Below are positions 12,876 through 25,121 of a DNA stretch of 64,000 bases, piece by piece. Within the stretch, counting starts at the first letter, position 1; each line of letters begins with the position of its first letter. The notes beneath the pieces were generated by a model. It worked only from the letters and a program-made list of their open reading frames with translations, did no database searches and was not told where the DNA came from. Origin of the DNA: Paramecium tetraurelia (lineage: Eukaryota); the NCBI GenBank assembly GCA_000165425.1, contig CT868152.1, positions 124,001 through 188,000 on the forward strand, written 5' to 3'. Made by a program: the position numbers and the translations under genes.

Positions 12876-14161
12876 ATGAACTCTGGATTGAACAACCAAA
12901 ATTCCTTATTGCAGCAACTAACTCCAGCCCAACTTGAAGAGTGTTAGCAATAGTTGAGGTAAACTTCTATCTTCATATTCTCGATATCATATTACTTCAT
13001 ATGCTCAAATCATATATTTGGCAATTAATTACCTATTTTAGATAGCAACAATTTTTCACCAATCTTTTGAGCAGCAACATGAAAAACCTTACAAATCCCT
13101 GGCATCTTTCAATAGTTTTAGGACAATCTTTTTAGAACCTCATAGGCACAGGATCTGTTCAATTTTAATCGTGGTAAGATATCATCAATTCTACATCAAT
13201 TATAATATTGTGACCTTATAGTTATTTGAATTGGCTTATATTTGCTTAGGTTTGGGAGGTGCAATTAATTCGATTGATTATATGAAAATTTTATAGAAAA
13301 GCCTCTAGATGAACAGCAATGCCATAAATGCCTTCAATTAGAATTAGTTTTTCTGCCCATTAGGAATGGCGAATCAAAAGAAAACAAATACTTTGTAAAA
13401 TCCGATTACTGTTGAAGATGATGACCCCCCTTAATTTTAGAAATGTCAGAATTCGAAATGCAACAACAAGGGAGATCGCAAGACCAAGTCAAAGAAGGGT
13501 GAAACCCTCCAATTCTGTGAGAAATGTTCGAGGATGTACAATCGAGGAAATTTTTGTGATTTTTGTGAATAAGTATTGAAAGAATTTCTAAGATTTTAGG
13601 TCTATTCGAATGGGTCATATGATCATGATGAATAAGAATGGATACAATGTGATGAATGTGAGAAATGGGTATATGTCTAGAGATATTGATAGAATCATCT
13701 AAATTGTGAAGCTAAATGTAGGAATTAGAATATCAAAGAGGAGACTGAGAATAAAGTTTATTATTGTTTAAATTGTTCTAAAATTAAAAAACAATAACAA
13801 TAATAATAGTTTCAGTAATAGAAGAAACAAGAGAAGACGGTAGAAGAATATCAGCCAAAACAAAGAACCATTATGGAATGCGAGGATGCTAGAACAAGGG
13901 AGAAGAATATCAATTTTGTAGCCACTAAAGATAACAAAGTTTAATTCAGTAAATTTATAAATTTAATAATTTTAATAGCATTTCGATTGAATCTATATGA
14001 TGATGAAATTAAGTCAGATCTCGATTTTCTGAGGAATTCTGGCAAGAAGAACATTAAGAAATAGAATTAATAAGATTCTCCAATCATAAAATAAATTTTA
14101 ATCCCTCAATAATAACAATAGTAATAATAATAATAATAGTATTAATAATAGTAATAATAAC

Positions 14162-14220
<59 letters not shown>

Positions 14221-14379
14221 TAATAATAATAATAATAATAACAATAATAACTAATATAAGAAGAGAAAGTAAATATATTACCAACTCATTATTAGAATTC
14301 TGATTAGTAAATGAATAGTAGGCCAAGAACTAGAAATAACAAAAATAGAGTTAATTATAGGAATTTAGGGGGTGAATGA
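12876..14379 (+). CDS. PHD-finger protein with polyQ tract; 5' structure anomalous (see findings)
   Basis: CEKC..FCDFCEQVY...WIQCDECEKWNHLNC...YYCLNC PHD-type Cys/His pattern; TGA at 14377-14379. The 5' exons need two long introns and a 1-nt frame correction. Confidence 0.75.
14107..14250 (+). repeat. (TAA)n/(CAA/TAG) microsatellite encoding about 47 Gln
   Basis: In frame with the PHD ORF; 48 codons, all TAA/TAG/CAA except one TAT. Confidence 0.9.
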
Positions 14380-14448
14380 ATGATATGCAATATATTTAAT
14401 TGAAATTTTAATTTAAATAATACTCACATATATATCCAAATAATTAAA

Positions 14449-15456
14449 ATGTCTGATTTGAGATTTGATAATAAAGTTGTTGTCATAACAGGAGCAGGAA
14501 GAGGCCTTGGAAAGGCTTATGCCTTGTTTTATGGGTCTGTTGGAGCCAAAGTATTAGTAAATGATAATGGCTGTGATTTGGATGGAAAGAACACCAATCC
14601 TAAATTTGCAGATGAAGTAATCACAATATTCTATATTTAGGTTGTGGCAACAATAAAGAGCAAGGGAGGAGTAGCAGTGGCCAACTATGACTCTGTGTTA
14701 AATGGTGATAAAATCATTGCACATGCTATAAAAGAATTTGGAAGACTTGATGTTCTTATCAATAATGCCGGCATCTTAAGAGACAAGATATTGGCCAAGT
14801 TGACAGAAGAAGATTGGGATATCGTTGTCAAAGTAAACAAGAATTTATATGATTTAAGACTCATTTATACGGAACCTATTCTGTATGCAAGGCTGCTTGG
14901 CCAATCATGAGAGATCAAGGATTTGGCAGAATAATTAATACATCCAGTGGATCTGGTTTGTATGGAACTTTGGGTCAAACCAATTATGCAGCTGCAAAAG
15001 CAGGAATAGTTGGACTCACATTGACATTGGCTAAGGAAGGAGAGAGAAGAAACATATTATGTAACGTGTTGGTCCCAGTTGGAGCATCTAGAATGACAGA
15101 AACAATCATGCCACCTGATGTGTTGACTGGAATCGATCCAAATAATCTCACACCAATATGTATCTATTTAATAATATTTTTAAGTGGCTGTTTTAACCCA
15201 TGAAACAAACAAAGACTATAATGGTGGAATTTATGAATGTTCTGGAGGATTCTTCTCTAGAGTCAGATGGTAAAGAACTGAAGGTGTCTCTTTGGACTTG
15301 CCTGTTAAAATTAGCGAAGTTCAAAAGAATTGGGCTAAGATCAATGATTTCAGTGGAAACAATGAATACCCCACTGGAAATGCCGACTTATTCAACAAGG
15401 TTTAAGAAAATCTAGATAGGTTGGAATAATAGGCTGCCTAAAAGCCAAAGTTATGA
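14449..15456 (+). CDS. peroxisomal (3R)-hydroxyacyl-CoA dehydrogenase, HSD17B4/FOX2-type SDR domain only
   Basis: LRFDNKVVVITGAGRGLG, NNAGILRD, NYAAAK catalytic motif; ends QKPKL* (PTS1-like). Confidence 0.9.
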
Positions 15457-15985
15457 GTTTAGAATTTACATTATTAATATGAATATTTTATGTAATTCAT
15501 AATTATTTTTAAATTGTATGAGTGTGTAGTTATTACAGTATAAGTTAATATCAATGTTGTAAGGGTAAGTTATTTCCTAAATACATATTGAATTTTGTTA
15601 CATTTTGTAAAATTAATGATGAATCTCTATATAATTATGTGAATCGAAGAAGGATTTCTTATAATGGCAAATCCAACCACCTTGGAATTATTCTCTTTAT
15701 GCTATTTTTGATAAACAAAAAGGTATTCTTTTAATTATATAATTTATAATGAAATTGACATAATATGTCATGTATGCAGAAAATTAATATAAGAAAATGT
15801 TTATTGATTCAAATATTATATTAATTATGTTATGTGCTGTTGTCATTATTTTATCAATTTAGACAAAAAATTAGAATCTAAAAATGATATGTATATACTA
15901 TGAAATAGTTAATAATGTTAATTGGTTAATAAGATGTATTTTTAGTAATTTATATAAAATTAAAATTCATTTTAAAAGTGACAGA

Positions 15986-17915
15986 ATGGAAATGTTGCAG
16001 AAACAATTAAATAACTACATATATGAGGAAAGAAACATCGGAGGAGGGTAATTCAGTGAAGTGTTTTTGGGATTTGAAATATATACTAAGGAGAAAGTAG
16101 CTATCAAAGTAAGAATATATTGAGTTAAGCAAATCGACTGTTCACGAATGCGAGATTAAGTAATGATGCAGATGATGAAAAACGAGATTGGGATTCTTAA
16201 AATAGTACCCAAGTAATAAAACATTCTGAAATTTTATGATGTATTTCAAAATAATTAACTTGTTTACATAATTACTGAGTATTGCAATCAAGGTATAAAC
16301 TGTCTATTTAATCATAGGCGACTTATAATAGTTTATTCGGAAGCATCAAATTACTGAAGATTTAGCAATTGATTTAATCACTCATGTATTGAATGGACTT
16401 TAGCATTGCAAGAATAATTGTAAGTATTAATCATAAGAATTTAAGATATAATTCATAGGGACATTAAACCCGCAAATATATTTATGAGCAATGGAATTCC
16501 AAAATTGGCAGATTTTGGATTTGCATTATGTAAAAATGTTTAAAATGGAGTTGAAATACAAAATTATAATGTAGGCACTCCTATGTACATGGCTCCAGAA
16601 ACTCTGTTGAATAATCACTACAGTTTTAAGAGTGATTTATGGTCAGCTGGAGTAGTTTTGTATGAAATGGTATTTGGATAATAGCCATTTAGATCGCAAA
16701 CAGAGCCAGAACTAGTTTAAAAACTTAGAGTTTATTAATAGAATGGATTACTTTATTATCCATTCTAATGTTCTCGCTTTTTGGATATTCTGATATAGAA
16801 TATGCTTCAATGCGATAAATAATTGAGATGGTCAGTTGAATAATGTTTGGATTATTTGAGGCAGAGACCATAACAAAGAATGGTTACAAGCTAAAAATAT
16901 ATTCCTCAATAATCACAACATGTACGAAGTGTTACTCCAATTTAAATAGTTTAATAATAATAATAATAATAATAATAACCACAACAATAATAATAATAAT
17001 AGAAATCAATATTACCCATTTAATATTAACAACAATTCAAAATTCAATAATATCCAATCTAAGTTAATACCAGTCAACAATTATCTCAACTTCCTATGCA
17101 GAAACAAATGATTCCATAACAATAATATTTGCATTTTTCAAATCCCTCTCCCCATTCCAGCAGAGAAAATCAGCAACCATTGAATGCAATAAAGAAAACT
17201 CAAGAATCCTCTTATTTACCAATGAGATTCCCATCAGTTTAAAGAGAGAGAAATACAACATTATAAGATGATTCACAACGTAGTAATGTAGAACCTAATT
17301 AACAAAATCAATATAGTTAACAGTTTGGCAATTTAATGTATAAAATTGCTAAGCTCTTCATCAATACTTAATATTTTGAATAATTCAGTTTAGGTAAAAT
17401 GTATACAAGATCCGAATGTATGTTTTTGCAACTCAAAATCTAATTCTGCCTATTGCAATGTTGCATCCAAATAGTATATTCCAAATTATATAATTTAGTT
17501 TTCACACTCTAATCCTTGCTTACCTGAATGTTAAGTCAAATTATTTAATGTACGATAAACAATACTCTAAATGCCAGATTAATATAAAGAGGATCCTAGA
17601 TTTATGTCATTATTTAATAACAATTGGGTTTTGGAGAACATTTTCGAATAAATGAGAGAATATAACTATGCAGCTATACATTTAATTAATGATTACTTGA
17701 ATAAAGATTGCAGCAATCCCTAGTTGATTATTATCCTAGATTATTTGGTGATTCTGCAATAGCTTTTAAAACGCTTTGTTGCATGTAATACATGGTTGGA
17801 ATTTGATAAGAGAAACAATATTGCAGCTATTGTACAGGCGCCTATTAATCCAAATCCAAATTAGCATTAATGGATAAAAATAAGTAATATAATCCAGAGA
17901 GATATTGTTAAATGA
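15986..17915 (+). CDS. Ser/Thr protein kinase (ULK/Atg1-like ciliate family) with Q/P-rich linker
   Basis: [43 protein letters not shown] motifs. Confidence 0.9.
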
Positions 17916-18767
17916 AGCAAAATTTTTTTGTTCTGAAATTATTTTACATTTTTTATAATAATGTGTTATATATTTTAAACTCCGATGATCTAAAATCAAA
18001 AGAGATTTATTCAAATTGAAGATATCGATGTAAAATATATTATCAAATTTTTGAAAAAAGAAATTTCTTTGATTAATTAAGAAAATTTATATTTTAAATA
18101 AATTGTTAAGTAATGATCATTTGAATATTTAAATATTAAATTTTGTAAATATGCACATACAAAAACAAAAAGTAAAATCAAAATCCGTATGGAGATATAA
18201 TAGAAAAAGAAGTAAAATAAAATATATAATTAACAACTTTAAAAAATTTTTAGAATAATAATTCAATTAAAACATTTGTTGATCCTAAGATATTATTATG
18301 TTAAAAGAAAAAACCAAAGGGATGAAAAAATAACTAAAATCCCAGAGACAATTATCATTAATCTCAAACTCTTAAGATACTTAATACCCTTCTAAAATAT
18401 GGAATGTTAGTAAGATAAAATAAAAACAGTATTAAAGTATGATTTGAGACTCATGGGACATTCTACTAAATATCAGTAAATATATGATCATGATAGCTCA
18501 ACTTAGATCTCATTATTTAACCACATAATTATTTGTAGATTATGATTAAAAATTGGGTATTTGATAAGGATATGATTTGATACATTCAAGTTGAACATGC
18601 TTAATTGATTCAAAAATGGTCTGGTATCATAATAGAATATGTGATATACAGTTGACATAAGTGAGGGACATTAATGTAAGGTGAATTATACTTTTTTATT
18701 TAAGTAATAATGGGATTACTATTTTTTTTCATACTGGATTATATATATTTATTATTAATTTTTGAAA

Positions 18768-20934
18768 ATGGGTAATGCAGATAGCAACGCAAGTATTAAG
18801 GCTATGCATACAAATTATGTTGTTGTAAGGAATATGAAGGACGATGCTCGTTATGGAGAAGGAAGGATTGTAAAGTAGAAGCAAACTAAATAAGAATTAT
18901 TTTAGAAGGAAATCAATTTAACAGATGAAGAGAAATATTAGACATTAAAAATTCTGCTTGAAAAAAAGGAATGCAACACATATGATAATTTGATCAATAT
19001 TACGAGTACTTAAATTAGCAGTATAATATATAGAGTTGTTTTATCACGAAGAAAATCAATTTTGTGGTCAATTTTTTAAGATCTTCATTTTAATGGAATA
19101 CATACCAACAACCTTGTGTGATATCTTGGAATAAAGATTGGCTAAGAAGCAAGAATTTCAAGAATCAGAATTATGGACTATTCTAATAGGATGTATAGAA
19201 GGTTGTTGCATACTGGAATCTTAGAAGATCACTCATCAGGGATTACGGTTGGACTCGATATCTTATTTGGATTAGTTTCCATACGTCAAGATTCTGGATC
19301 CAACTTTGAGTGGAGTTCCGACTACTTATCAATAGTTGATACAAGATGAAACCAAATAAATCAATTTGAATTACTTAAGTCCTAAACTCATCCAATCCCT
19401 TAATGATGATATGTAACCCTAACACAATCCTTACAAAAGCGATGTTTATTCTTTGGGAATGATTATGTTGCATTTATCAAGTGCTCATAATTGTGAAGAT
19501 TGTTATGACTTGCAAAAGATGAGAGTGAATCATTAATAAGTTCAAAGGAGATTATTAATTCTAGAATCTACGTTCTCCTCCCAATATATTCAAGTGTTGA
19601 GAACGATGCTTTTACTCAATGAGGATTAGAGACCAGATTTTTTAGAATTAAGATCTGAAATGCAATCGATGTCACCTCCAGCTTCTCCAAAAGCACATAT
19701 ACAAGAACAAGAAGAAGAGGTGATCTAATCCAAAAAGACTCAAATTGTTTAGGTTTAAGCCTATGAATAAGCTGTGGAGAGCTTTGCAATCCCTTAATAA
19801 CAGTATCAATTATAAGCCTCATAACCACCATAAATATTTGTTAATCCCGAGCAAAGTGCTAAATTTATATAATAATAATAAAATTCAGTACATAATTCTC
19901 AAGTTCAAGTCCAACGATCAATTCAATTAAGACAATCATAGCAATCAGTCTAATCCAACTAATCAATGTATATATAAAGAAATGGTCTAAAAGACTTGAG
20001 ACCCGATATTTGTGATCATTTAAAAATTGTAGTATTATCGCTTAATTTAGTTACCTTTATCAGAATAGCCTCCAGAACCTTCTCAGGTAGACACCAATAT
20101 CGGTAATTAAATAGGGACTGAAGAATTACTGAATCGCTCCAATATACAATAACATGATATCTTGATGCCAATCACATCCTTCTCCAATTCCCGTTAATAT
20201 GAGCAGTTCTTGCAATCTAAATCCAATATGCCAGTCTCATATGAATCCTACAAAATGGAATCCTCTTTTAAGAATCAATAAAATGCTGAGCCTGTTTCTA
20301 AATATGACTATCTTTATGATAAACAAATGAGCAATCAGCAAAAGTTTTCGAACTATCAAAGTGATTTGAAAAGAACTTTGGAATCTAAAAGGGTTGAGAC
20401 TGTTTCTGAATCCTATCCTAATGGGTCAAGATATGAAGGATAGAAATTGAACGGCATGAGACATGGCCAAGGGACATTTTTCTATTAAGATAATGGCGGA
20501 GTTTATGAGGGTTAGTGGTTTGAAAATAAAATGCATGGTCAAGGTAGTACATTCATTAAAATAACATCTATTAGGCACTTTATTTTATGCTTCTGGTAAA
20601 CCAGCTTATGAGGGAGAGTGGTTGAACGATAAATTTCAGGGCAGTGGCACCTTGTACAATGAAGAACCTTAAGCACTCTATGGAGATTTCGATTATGGGG
20701 ATTTCGATAGAATTGGGGAGTAGATATATTTAATATTAACAAAGTTACTGGACTAGATATATCGGTTAATTCAATTAAGACAATAAGGAGGGTTAAGGCA
20801 CCTTGTATCTATCCAATGGCGATCGATTTGAAGGCAACTTCCTGTAAGACTTAATAAATGGTCCCGGAAGATATATCAAAAAGAATGGCTAGATTATTTC
20901 AGCAAAATGGTGGAGAAATAAACTATAATAGTGA
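18768..20934 (+). CDS. N-myristoylated pseudokinase with C-terminal MORN repeats
   Basis: MGNADS start; kinase-like fold with HQG in place of HRD, DPT in place of DFG, YLSPK and KSDVYSLG; C-terminal YEGQW..NKMHGQG-type MORN repeats. Confidence 0.85.
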
Positions 20935-20984
20935 TTTTGATTAAAATTATAGAATATTGTTTTTCAAAATTAAATTTCAAATTT

Positions 20985-22286
20985 ATGAGTTACCCTTATG
21001 GATTTTGCTCTCCACAACGCCCCTTACCCCCATAATTATATTATTAGAATCCCATTCCCCAATAAAGATAAGCCCCTTATTCTCTTCCACCCCCAGTAAT
21101 TTTTTCAAATATCATTAATCTAGGTTTACCGCCCACCACCTGTTGGAGTGAGACCTCCTCAATAACCTTATTATCCATAATATTAAATTCAAAATCAAGT
21201 CCCACCCAGTAATTATGGCCAAAGCCCTGTAAAACCTTAGTCAGCTTTACAATAATCATACCCAACCCAATAACAAAATCCAAGAATCCCCAATTATCCA
21301 CCTTAAGTTTATAAATAATAATAACCGGTCGTTCCAAAACCCCAACCACCATGATAATAAATTCCACCTTAATAAAGAGGAACAGCTCAATATCCTTATT
21401 AGCCATAATAATAATTAGTCTAGAAGTAGTAGCCCCAGTAATAGTAACCCCAGTACTAACAACCTGGGTAGTAAAATCAGAATAAGGTTGTTTAGCCTCC
21501 AAAATAGCCTTATTAATAATAATATGTACCAAGTTAACCAAAACCTTAATCACATCCTTCCTAACATAGACCTGAGTAGCAAAATTAATAAATTCCATAA
21601 TAATAACAATAACAATAAGTCAATAAACCTCCTTAACAATATAAATAACCATAATAATCTTAGAAGGATGATGACTTGGAAAAGAAATTCTAAGATGCCA
21701 TTGATAGAACAAGAGATCTTGTGTAAAAATATTAAAACCCATAAACAAAATAACCTTAGTAACAACAACAATAACCAAATCCATAACCAAAATAAGAGTA
21801 ACATACAAATCAACCTTAAGTTGATGATAACTAGTTATAAGAATTAGCACTCTAATATGAGGATGGCTATATCTACAGAGGCTAGGGTTACGAACCAGCC
21901 ACTAGAGAAGGTTATGGTGTTCTAACTGATTAAGACGATAATCCAGTTTATGATGGTCAATGGAAGGATAATCAATATCATGGCCAAGGCAAGTTGATCA
22001 ATGTTCAAGCAGAACAGATTGATGGTCCTTTTGATTATTAAGATTTAAGTGTGATTGAAAATGGATGGCTTGGATATGAAGGTAATCTAATAATAATTAT
22101 GAATTAGGTGATTTCTTAGAAGGTAAAATGAATGGTTTTGGAAAATTATAACTTACAAATGGAGAGATGTTTGAAGGCTAATTTTAAGACGGTATGATCG
22201 ATGGCGAAGGCGTGTTTTCTGCTGTGAATGGCCAAACTATTAAAGGATTATGGAGGGAAGGAGTATTAACTTAAGTTTTTGCTTGA
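20985..22286 (+). CDS. Pro/Gln-rich protein with C-terminal MORN repeats
   Basis: PQ-rich N-terminal half; YDGQWKDNQYHGQG, YEGDFLEGKMNGFG, FEGQFQDGMIDGEG repeats. Confidence 0.85.
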
Positions 22287-22316
22287 TTCGAACATTCAAT
22301 ATATAAATTAAATTTT

Positions 22317-23761
22317 ATGTTATATGATAGTAAAAGTTCCAAGATTTTCTCACCTCCAAAGATATTCTCTGAATTAGATAAGAAGTATCAATCTCTCTAT
22401 TTATTCTTCTTTTAAGGAGGAATGATGCCATGGATACTGTTTAACATCAACATGGCGAAGTGTAAAATTATATTGATCAAGTGAATGATAAAACTTTGAT
22501 AGCAATTTAAATGGAAGTATGTAAATATCACATAATCATAGGAATAAAGACTAAATCAAAGATATTTTCATTTGCTTAATTAACTTGAAAAAACTAAGTT
22601 GCAAATCATCAAATTAGAAGAAAAATTGAGATAGCAAAACGAGTAATAAATATTATATTCTATTGCTTAGTCTTGAAAATCATCCCCAGATTAAATAAAT
22701 CATTAGTGAATTATCGAAGGTAGATCAATATCGATTAGCATTAATCAAAAAAGTACTGCTCCTATTATTTATTAGACTTAACAATTAACACAAGAATTGC
22801 AATTAAACCAATTTACTATCAAAGAACTAAAAGAACAAGTTTAAAATAGACGTCTCGAAATCAGAGATTGCGTAAGGGATTGTTGGCAAATCTAATAGTA
22901 AATTCTGAACTATAAGTCTAATTACACTTAATCTACATCTAGAACGGTAATTTATGGAAATTTATTGATTAGCAAAGAATTCAATTACAAAGTCTCGATA
23001 TCAGTAGTAATCGAAGCAATATCAATCTATTTATAACTAATGAAGATACACAGACTAACCGGTTGAGTTTATCATAATTACCTCCAATTAAGCTAAAAAT
23101 GCACTCTAAAAGTAGATTATTAGAGGTTCTTCAGAAGGCTACTTTTAGGGGATAACAATAAGTAATACTAATTGAACATTTTATTTATTTAGCCTGTTAA
23201 TGACATTGTAGAAATATATAAATAAATAAATATTTTGAGGAGAAGAGTTATTGAACAAACGCAAGAGATGAAAAAGAAATAGAATTAATACAGTTCTATA
23301 AGAAATTTACTTGTTTATTGTGCGAATCTTTCTTTAAAATAGTTCAAAAATAAATAGAAAATTACAAACAACAAAGGATATGCAAATTCAATTTATTTTG
23401 ATTTTAGCACTTCAATGAGTCAATCAATTACTGAGCACTCAAGTAATCCAAATAGAGAGAGGAAAATTTAGAATATTTTATATGATACTCTTTAATAAAT
23501 AATGGTCAATATGATTGATGTATAACAAAAAAACTAGTAAAACACAACAGAAGAGTCTATGTAATAGATTTAATTGACTATAATAGAATAAAAAATTCCA
23601 TTTCTTTAGATTAATTTATGTAATTCTCTTCAGAATAGATTTTGGGATTGTTGGCACTTTAACCAAGATTGATGCAGGAGTTGTTGGAGAAATTCGAATT
23701 TAAATATAGACAATTGGGAATTCTGTCTTAGAAGATGAAAAATTTAACATAAAATTTTTGA
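22317..23761 (+). CDS. hypothetical coiled-coil protein
   Basis: Multi-exon code-6 ORF with short introns; TGA at 23759-23761. Confidence 0.6.
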
Positions 23762-23877
23762 ATTTTAATTTGATCTAATATTATAGAATCAATTAGAATA
23801 ATTTCATTTTATTAAATAACTTACATTGCTATTAATATTAAATTGTTAATTTTGAAATAAAACAATTATATAAAAGT

Positions 23878-24966
23878 TCATACATTAATAACTAATGATA
23901 ATGCTTTAAGTACAGATGGTATGGGTGCTTGTTTCTCCTCCATTTTTTTGGTCAAATCTTTAAAAACATTCAATTCTGATTGATTTAGTTAATGCTGTTC
24001 TATAAATTATTCAATCATTTTGGTCGAATTATGATTAGTAAATAAATTTTATGGTTTAATTTCTGAATAATCTTAGGAATATGATAGTTTCTTTTTAAAT
24101 TCTGTATTGGATTACATGTCTAGAGATGTTAGATTTTGAATTTGAATTGGATTTACTGTTTCTTTGAGATAATTCAAATTGCAGATTGTGAGTTCTAACT
24201 CTCTTAATTATGTTTAATGACAATCACACGATTTAACTAAAGTAAGCAATTATTAATTGACTGATTCCAATGCAGAGATCTTTAATTAATAAATCTATAG
24301 ATTACCTTTTGTTCAAGTTCAAAAACTTTCCGTTAGAGAATCAAATTCTCTCTTTAGAGTTTTTGATAATCTTCGGTTTTGTGTTTAGAGGAATTGTTCG
24401 TATACTCCCTACTGTTGATTGTGCTCTTTTGAGTAGATTCAATTTCAGGGTTGTGATACACTAGGTTCTATTTGTATAAATACATTGTTTATTCATGTAA
24501 GATATATTATCATTCTCTTACATTTTTGCCAAAACCTATGCAATAGCTTATTATGATTAGGAGATGCTGATTTGTTTATTTTTTTGTAAAGTAGACAATC
24601 TAGGGTTGATGGGAGATCTATTAAAATAAAGATAATTTACTTTTCGTTTGGAGATGTTTTCCTTAATTTGTCTGAACTGTCACTCAAATTTATTGTTGCT
24701 TTTCTAGCAGATAAAATGGCATTTTATTATTATAAAAATAGAGCATTTTGCATCGGCAAATTGTAAACATCACTTTTTTATTAGCTGTTACCACTTATAG
24801 CCTTATCCTTAACTTATTTAGTTCTAACAAATCAAATTATTTAATACATTTTATCCTTTGAAACACTGCTTGGATAATTTTTGGGTGGAGTCAAACTAGG
24901 AACTCTCTTTGTTGATAAGATGTTTGACGCATTTAGTTGATAGTAACTTCTATTAATTGGATTCAT
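23878..24966 (-). CDS. hypothetical protein
   Basis: MNPINRSYYQLNASNILSTKRVPSLTPP...APIPSVLKALSLVINV*. Confidence 0.6.
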
Positions 24967-25121
24967 TTAGAATTTATCAATATGTTAAAATTATTAGTCA
25001 AATATTATATATAATTATAATGACAATATATTTATTGTAATTAGGAAGGCTTTTTTGATTAAGAATCTTCAATTATGGAAAATATATAAAACCTTGTCTT
25101 AATACAATTTTTATAAATAAT

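Noticed and set aside
12959..13249. Long introns explained as retained IESs
   Set aside because: I found no convincing inverted TAYAG-type ends by eye. This is not fully excluded without a MIC/MAC comparison.
14084..14326. Minus-strand poly-Ile ORF in the supplied track
   Set aside because: It is the antisense shadow of the (TAA)n polyQ tract in the plus-strand PHD gene.
21077..21850. Several overlapping hydrophobic minus-strand ORFs, and similarly 37893-38156
   Set aside because: They are antisense shadows of Pro/Gln-rich plus-strand genes under the wrong genetic code.
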